Assembly: GCA_965227775.1 (NCBI GenBank)
Contig: OZ245777.1
Location: forward strand, 352,001-416,000
Length of the DNA stretch: 64,000 nt
Origin: Phycisphaerales bacterium
Lineage (GTDB): Bacteria; Planctomycetota; Phycisphaerae; Phycisphaerales; UBA1924
Direction of reading: 5' to 3'
Below are positions 60,001 through 64,000 of this stretch, one piece after another. Within the stretch, counting starts at the first letter, position 1, and each line of letters begins with the position of its first letter. The notes beneath the pieces are model-generated. The model saw only the letters and a program-made list of their open reading frames with translations, did not search any database and was not told the DNA's origin. The translations under genes were made by a program, and so were the position numbers.

Positions 60001-61279
60001 GCGGGAAGAGACGGCAACGTACGCCGACCAGGAGCTTTCACGCCGGCAGAAGATCCTGGTTCGTCGGCTGGGCGAGCGCCAGCGGAAGCTGCTGGCCGAG
60101 CTCGAGGATGTCCGCCAGAAGACCGAAGGGCTCGACGAGGCCACAGCGTTCAAGCTCGCGCACGATCGCATCGAGCGATCTGGCGCGCGCGCCGGCGAGC
60201 TTCTCGAGGAGAGCACCGTGTCGGGCGACACGCTCTACTCACAAGACACTGTGGCCACCGTGCTCCGCGGCTTGATCGAGGCGCTCGACAGCAGCACGCA
60301 GCGCGGCGACCAGGACTTTGCCCAGGGCAACCAGGGCGGCCAGGGCTCGGGGCAGCCGGGCCAACAAGGAGAGGAAGAGGGCGTTGTACCGCCGATGGCC
60401 GAGCTCTTGCTCCTGCGGACCATGCAAGTGGAAGCGGCCCAGATGACACGGGCTATTGATGATGGCGTGCTCGGGCCGGAGCGCGTGACCGACGCGGGAC
60501 AGCTGCAGCGTGAGCTGAGCGAGGCGGCCCAGGAACTCGTGCAGAGACTCAGCGAGCAGCAAGGGCAACCGCAGCGGCCTGAGCCGGCGGGCGTGCGGAC
60601 GCAACCGTTCGGGTTCATGATGCCCGCTGTGTGGACGGCGTGGGAAGCGCGGCAGGAGGAATCGCCAGCGACCCAGGATGACCCGCCTTCACAGGAAGAG
60701 CCCGCGGATGAGCCGACGCTCGACGAACTGCTTGGCATCACCAACCCTGCCGGTGTCAGCGAAGCGCCGACCAATGACGACCTCGATCGCGAGCTCGAGG
60801 GTGGGCTCGCGGGCGCGTTCATGCGTGCGGTGGATCTCATGGAGCGGGCTTCGACGCGACTGAACAGCGACGGCGGCACCGGCATCGGCACCCAACGCGT
60901 GCAAGAGGAAGCGATCGCCGCACTGGACCAGCTCATCGAAGCGGCCCGCAACCAGCAGAACCAGCAGCAGCAACAACAGCAGCAACAGCAACAGAATCAG
61001 CAGCAGCAACAACAGCAGGCCCCGCAGCAGCAACAGCAGCAGGATCAGGGCGACATGCAGGAAACCCAGCAGTCCACTGATCCGCAGGGCGTGCAGGGCC
61101 GCCCGCAGCAGGGTGGGGCGCTGGGCGACGAGGCTGCGGTGGGCGCCACCTGGGGCGCGCTCCCCCCGCGCGTGCGAGAGGCGTTGCAGCAGGGCTCGTC
61201 GGACGCGTACAGCGCGGTGTACCGTGCGATCACCGAGGCGTATTACCGCAGGCTGGCCGAGGAGGCGAACAACGAATGA
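57041..61279 (+). CDS. Large membrane-anchored coiled-coil protein (DUF4175-like) with poly-Q tract
   Basis: Three N-terminal TMs, PPAY and D.GL Ig-like segments, long Q/E/A coiled coils, C-terminal WGALPPR...YYRRLAE. Confidence 0.8.
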   Translation: MASTHTGHASAKRLLGRLTRIRRQAKVLLVSRRLGWALAGVIGGLALVALLDYAVRLPSWVRYAALFGAIAAIAWALAKLVLPALRMHPSLTDLALRLENGRPELKGRLASATDLAKAGSLDARYEPLIDNLSRDAFPDMMKRPPTLRAGGVFVLVAGSIATFWIARPEPAVLGAERVLAPWTGIKWPSRTAVELAGMPAYHPLGDPIAIRGELTRTDRPVGRTRVEAWYTLDGGAPQRLALTSQGAPTDGDSPEVYERLVNPAAEALRQTQRVTMELWLQTRDDRTETTTVELVRPPRVIRASALVEPPAYAERASSARVLGLGERRDRVPLAMGGEDTAVLGPVLAGSTVEFDLRFSTAAAPELSVDATDETGERVTSSIEPMADGLGAIVRVGAEIPALLSIELRDELGIPSTRPLVIALDVLADADPTAAVLEPAQDESVLPTATLAMVGEGRDDFGLVSVELLAQRATPPAGSQGAPPEPVGEIVTLATWGDETAPLEARAAAVVELADFDLTPGDELLVHALAMDLRRGEPTESAIRRLRIIGETELVEQLRAEMSAVRESAKRLDRTQRDVLDEAAQLGEARASQDDAELAREQGDLTSQLSRQAETVREIADRMERNALDDEALAELLRMAREHLNAAAEQSDRAQASLGESSESQEAGEQQQSRDTAQRAQERVRDELGGLVGLLSRDEDEWLARRDLDRLIEQQRELQEQTRQAEAESAGRSLDELTQEARSRVEQIAQRQAELARRAQDAIDQLADRAEAIAESDPARAETLRDAAQRGREGEAPREMQQAAQQAQQNQMSSAQQSQQRALDALEEMTDRLDEAGQDRDAELRRVLAELSAAIEALISRQTDEIARLEVAQVSRMFDGLDRTMIGISRDTAALAEDRASSDESLAGIARKLLDAAEAQDAAIVALRAQPIDDTEALLQERASLERLESALEEAQMLDQQAQQRELERQRRELRKAYAEALAGQASLREETATYADQELSRRQKILVRRLGERQRKLLAELEDVRQKTEGLDEATAFKLAHDRIERSGARAGELLEESTVSGDTLYSQDTVATVLRGLIEALDSSTQRGDQDFAQGNQGGQGSGQPGQQGEEEGVVPPMAELLLLRTMQVEAAQMTRAIDDGVLGPERVTDAGQLQRELSEAAQELVQRLSEQQGQPQRPEPAGVRTQPFGFMMPAVWTAWEARQEESPATQDDPPSQEEPADEPTLDELLGITNPAGVSEAPTNDDLDRELEGGLAGAFMRAVDLMERASTRLNSDGGTGIGTQRVQEEAIAALDQLIEAARNQQNQQQQQQQQQQQNQQQQQQQAPQQQQQQDQGDMQETQQSTDPQGVQGRPQQGGALGDEAAVGATWGALPPRVREALQQGSSDAYSAVYRAITEAYYRRLAEEANNE
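60950..61045 (+). repeat. CAG/CAA trinucleotide (poly-Gln) tract inside a CDS
   Basis: Encodes NQQNQQQQQQQQQQQNQQQQQQQAPQQQQQQDQ. Confidence 0.9.
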
Positions 61280-62313
61280 CGCGGACGGCGATCGCGATGG
61301 TGTTGGCAGCACTCACGACCGGGCCTGTATCGGCGCAGGATGCCCGTGCGCCCGCCGACCAGCCGTTCGTTGAGATCACGCCCGAGCTCGACCAGACGAT
61401 CGCGGATGGCCTGGCCTTCTTGGCTGCCCAGCAGAACGCCGACGGCAGCTTTGGCGATGGCGCATGGGGCCGGGGCGTGGCGGTCACGTCACTTGCGGCG
61501 CTCGCGTTCATGGCGGATGGGCAGATGCCCGGGCGCGGCCAGTACGGCGACGTCGTGCGACGCGCGCTCGACTACGTGCTCGAGCGCTCGGGCGAGAGCG
61601 GGCTGCTGGCCGACGACCAGGCGCCAAGCCCGATGTACGGACACGGCTTCGCGGCGCTCTTCCTCGGCGAGGTCTATGGCATGAGCCAGGGCAGCGAGGC
61701 GTTGCAAGAGCGCCTGCATGAGGCGCTGGTCAAGGCCGTCCGCCTCATCGAGCGATCCCAGAACGACGAGGGTGGCTGGCGCTACAACCCCGTACCGAAT
61801 GACGCCGACGTGAGCGTGACCATCTGCCAGGTGATGGCGCTGCGCTCGGCGCGCAACGCGGGCATCGAGGTCAGCAGCGACGTCATTGATAAGGCCGTCG
61901 AGTACGTCAAGCGCTGCCAGAACGCCGATGGCGGATTCCGGTACCAGGAGCGCGCCGGCACGAGCGCGTGGCCCCGATCGGCCGCCGGCGTCGCAACGCT
62001 GTATTACGCGGGCGAGTTTGGTGATGAGGCGATCGATCCCGGCGTGCAGTACCTGATCCGTGAGGCGCTGCCGGGCCAGGGTCTGCGTCGCGGATACTTC
62101 TACTACGGCCACTACTACGCCGTGCAGGCCATGTATCTGGCCGGTGGTGAAGCGTGGGAGACGTGGTGGCCCGCAGTGCGCCGCGAGCTGATCCAGCTCC
62201 AGCAGGGTAATGGCTCTTGGCCCGATCGCACGGTGGGCACGGCTTATGGGACTTCCATGGCACTCATCGTGCTGCAAATGCCCAAGCGATACCTGCCGAT
62301 CTACCAGAAGTGA
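61276..62313 (+). CDS. Prenyltransferase/squalene-oxidase repeat protein
   Basis: QW-like repeats QQNADGSF, QNDEGGWRY, QNADGGFRY, QQGNGSW; overlaps the upstream stop (ATGA). Confidence 0.88.
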   Translation: MTRTAIAMVLAALTTGPVSAQDARAPADQPFVEITPELDQTIADGLAFLAAQQNADGSFGDGAWGRGVAVTSLAALAFMADGQMPGRGQYGDVVRRALDYVLERSGESGLLADDQAPSPMYGHGFAALFLGEVYGMSQGSEALQERLHEALVKAVRLIERSQNDEGGWRYNPVPNDADVSVTICQVMALRSARNAGIEVSSDVIDKAVEYVKRCQNADGGFRYQERAGTSAWPRSAAGVATLYYAGEFGDEAIDPGVQYLIREALPGQGLRRGYFYYGHYYAVQAMYLAGGEAWETWWPAVRRELIQLQQGNGSWPDRTVGTAYGTSMALIVLQMPKRYLPIYQK

Positions 62314-62351
62314 CGCCGCCAACGATGCAACGCCGCCCGAGCCCTGACCGC

Positions 62352-63563
62352 ATGAACACCAACGCCCTGGCAACAACGACGATCTGCACGATGCTGCTCT
62401 GCTGCGCGAGCGCGCTCGGGCAGGCGTCGCCCGATCGCGTGGTCATCGATGCCGAGCTCGAGCGGACGCTGGTGACGGACGTGCGCTTCGAGCCGGGCCG
62501 CCTGGTGTACACGACCGCCGGCCGAGACGTGAGCGCGTCGCTTGATGGCTCGGTGGTGGCGCTCGTCGAGCCCAGCGGCAAGGCCCCGCGGCCACGCGGC
62601 AGCTGGGTCGAGCTCGCCGACGGGCAGCGGTTCGTTGGCATGCCGGTGATCCTCTCGACCAGCCAGGCCGAAGAGTTTGCTCGCGCGAGCGGCGAAACGG
62701 GGATGGCGTGGAGCACACCGCTGCTGGGGAACCTCCGCGTGCCACTGGCGGCGCTCCGCAGGGTGGTGCTCCGCGAGGAAGGCATGCCCGCCGAGTACGA
62801 CGACCTCAACGACGTCCTGGTGCTCTCCAACGGTGATCGCACACGCGGGCTGCTGGAACGCGTGTGGCCCGACGTCGTGCTCGATGTAGACGGCCAGACG
62901 CGTTCCTTCCAGCTCAGCGAGGTCGCGTCCATTACGCTGGCAAACCCGCTCCAGGAGCAGGCAGGCTCGCGCGTTTGGCTGAGCGATGGCTCGATCGTCG
63001 CGGTCGATGCACTCGAGACCGTGCCGGATGGCGTCGCTGTTGACCTGGCCGAGCCCGTCGGCACGCCCGACCAGCTGCTCGCGCCGCTGACGATGAACGA
63101 GGTGCTGGCCGTCGCCTTCGAGAGCGGCGGCGTGGTGCCCTTGGCGGCGCTGGGCGAACCACGCTGGTCGCAGGGATCCTCGTGGACGCTGCCGCCCGTA
63201 GTAGGTGACCCGGACCGCGAGTTGCTCGGGTCGGCCGCGATCGAGCTCATTGGTCCTGTATCGGCGGCCTGGGACATTCCCTCGGACGTGCGACGCGTGG
63301 CAATCCGCGCTCGCTTGCGTGAGGACTGCCGGGTGTGGGGAGACTGCGAAGTCACGGTGCGCGTGGGTGGCCGCGTCGCGTTTACCGAGCGGCTGAACGG
63401 CAACTCTCCGCAAGCACGGTTCACCATCGACCTACCCGCTGGTGACTCTGCCGACGGCCCCGCTGGTCCGCTCGAGGTGCAGATCGACGAGGGCGAGGGC
63501 GGCGCCATCCAAGATCGCGTGCTGCTCGACGGCTTCGTGCTGCTGTCCAGTCAGGCCGGTTGA
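62352..63563 (+). CDS. Secreted hypothetical protein, possibly with an NPCBM/NEW2-like C-domain
   Basis: Signal peptide; repeated 'L.DG..' strands; C-terminal LEVQIDEG..G.IQDRV. Confidence 0.7.
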   Translation: MNTNALATTTICTMLLCCASALGQASPDRVVIDAELERTLVTDVRFEPGRLVYTTAGRDVSASLDGSVVALVEPSGKAPRPRGSWVELADGQRFVGMPVILSTSQAEEFARASGETGMAWSTPLLGNLRVPLAALRRVVLREEGMPAEYDDLNDVLVLSNGDRTRGLLERVWPDVVLDVDGQTRSFQLSEVASITLANPLQEQAGSRVWLSDGSIVAVDALETVPDGVAVDLAEPVGTPDQLLAPLTMNEVLAVAFESGGVVPLAALGEPRWSQGSSWTLPPVVGDPDRELLGSAAIELIGPVSAAWDIPSDVRRVAIRARLREDCRVWGDCEVTVRVGGRVAFTERLNGNSPQARFTIDLPAGDSADGPAGPLEVQIDEGEGGAIQDRVLLDGFVLLSSQAG

Positions 63564-63772
63564 TTTTCCTATAACCCTGTCTGGTCGTATGGACTGGCGC
63601 GGAATTTGCGCCGGGTTACTGGCCAATCCGCCATATTGATGTACCTTGCCTCTAAGAGGAGTGATCGACGGGTGTGTGTGCCCCGTTGTGTTGGCGTGTT
63701 CTCAGAGCGCCGGCCGTCGCACGGGAAAGCCGTGCAAGCTCCGGCATCTTGATGCGCCTCGGGAGGTTGGGT

Positions 63773-64000
63773 ATGGCTCGCCAGTGGACAATCGGTTCGT
63801 GTTGCGCGCTCGCGCTCGCGGCCGCCAGCGCTCAGGGCCAGATCGACCCGGGCGACGCGGGCATCCGCACCATCTCGCCCGACGAGACGGCGAGCGTGGC
63901 CCTGAAGGCCTTCTCCCGCCGTGGTGAAGAGATCATCCACGGCCAGGAGCGGTCGCTGCTCATCGATCAGGCATTCCAGAGTGTCGGCCCCTTGCTGGGA
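63773..64000 (+). CDS. Secreted protein, 5' part only (runs off the window)
   Basis: GGAGG RBS; MARQWTIGSCCALALAAASAQGQ signal peptide; frame open to the window end. Confidence 0.65.
   Translation, partial: MARQWTIGSCCALALAAASAQGQIDPGDAGIRTISPDETASVALKAFSRRGEEIIHGQERSLLIDQAFQSVGPLLG

Overview
High-GC bacterial chromosome segment that looks like a Phycisphaerales planctomycete (inference: two secreted proteins end in the paired 'D-x-D-G...FDFLxFQN.F..GCP' GC-type dockerin-like tail, and a prenyltransferase-repeat gene and a ribH-nusB-ftsY cluster are present). Most of the window is housekeeping (pheA, rpsI/rplM, dapB, uvrB, nnrD, mutL, ftsY, nusB, ribH, guaA, rsmE), plus a sulfatase-HAD-FGE-FKBP module, an RsbW/STAS/MlaE cluster and many secreted or membrane hypotheticals. 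The notable part is an accessory block at about 30.8-38.4 kb. It holds (i) a Roco protein (LRR-Roc-COR) with 18 tandem 75-bp LRRs that vary mainly at predicted ligand-facing positions and a lower-GC two-TM C-terminus, (ii) a divergently transcribed protein with nine tandem MerR/excisionase-type HTHs fused to a degenerate HNH and an AP2 domain, and (iii) a cytoplasmic helical+FN3-like protein. A sigma-28-like promoter motif (xxxAGTC-N13-xYCGATRx) recurs upstream of the flagellin-like gene, the HTH-AP2 gene, the FN3-like gene and an acidic membrane protein. Also seen: an almost uncharged FG-repeat protein, a histone-H1-like protein, an unannotated small membrane ORF and pervasive leaderless gene starts. 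I saw no rRNA, tRNA, CRISPR array, transposase or integrase. All calls come from reading motifs by eye; no database searches were run.
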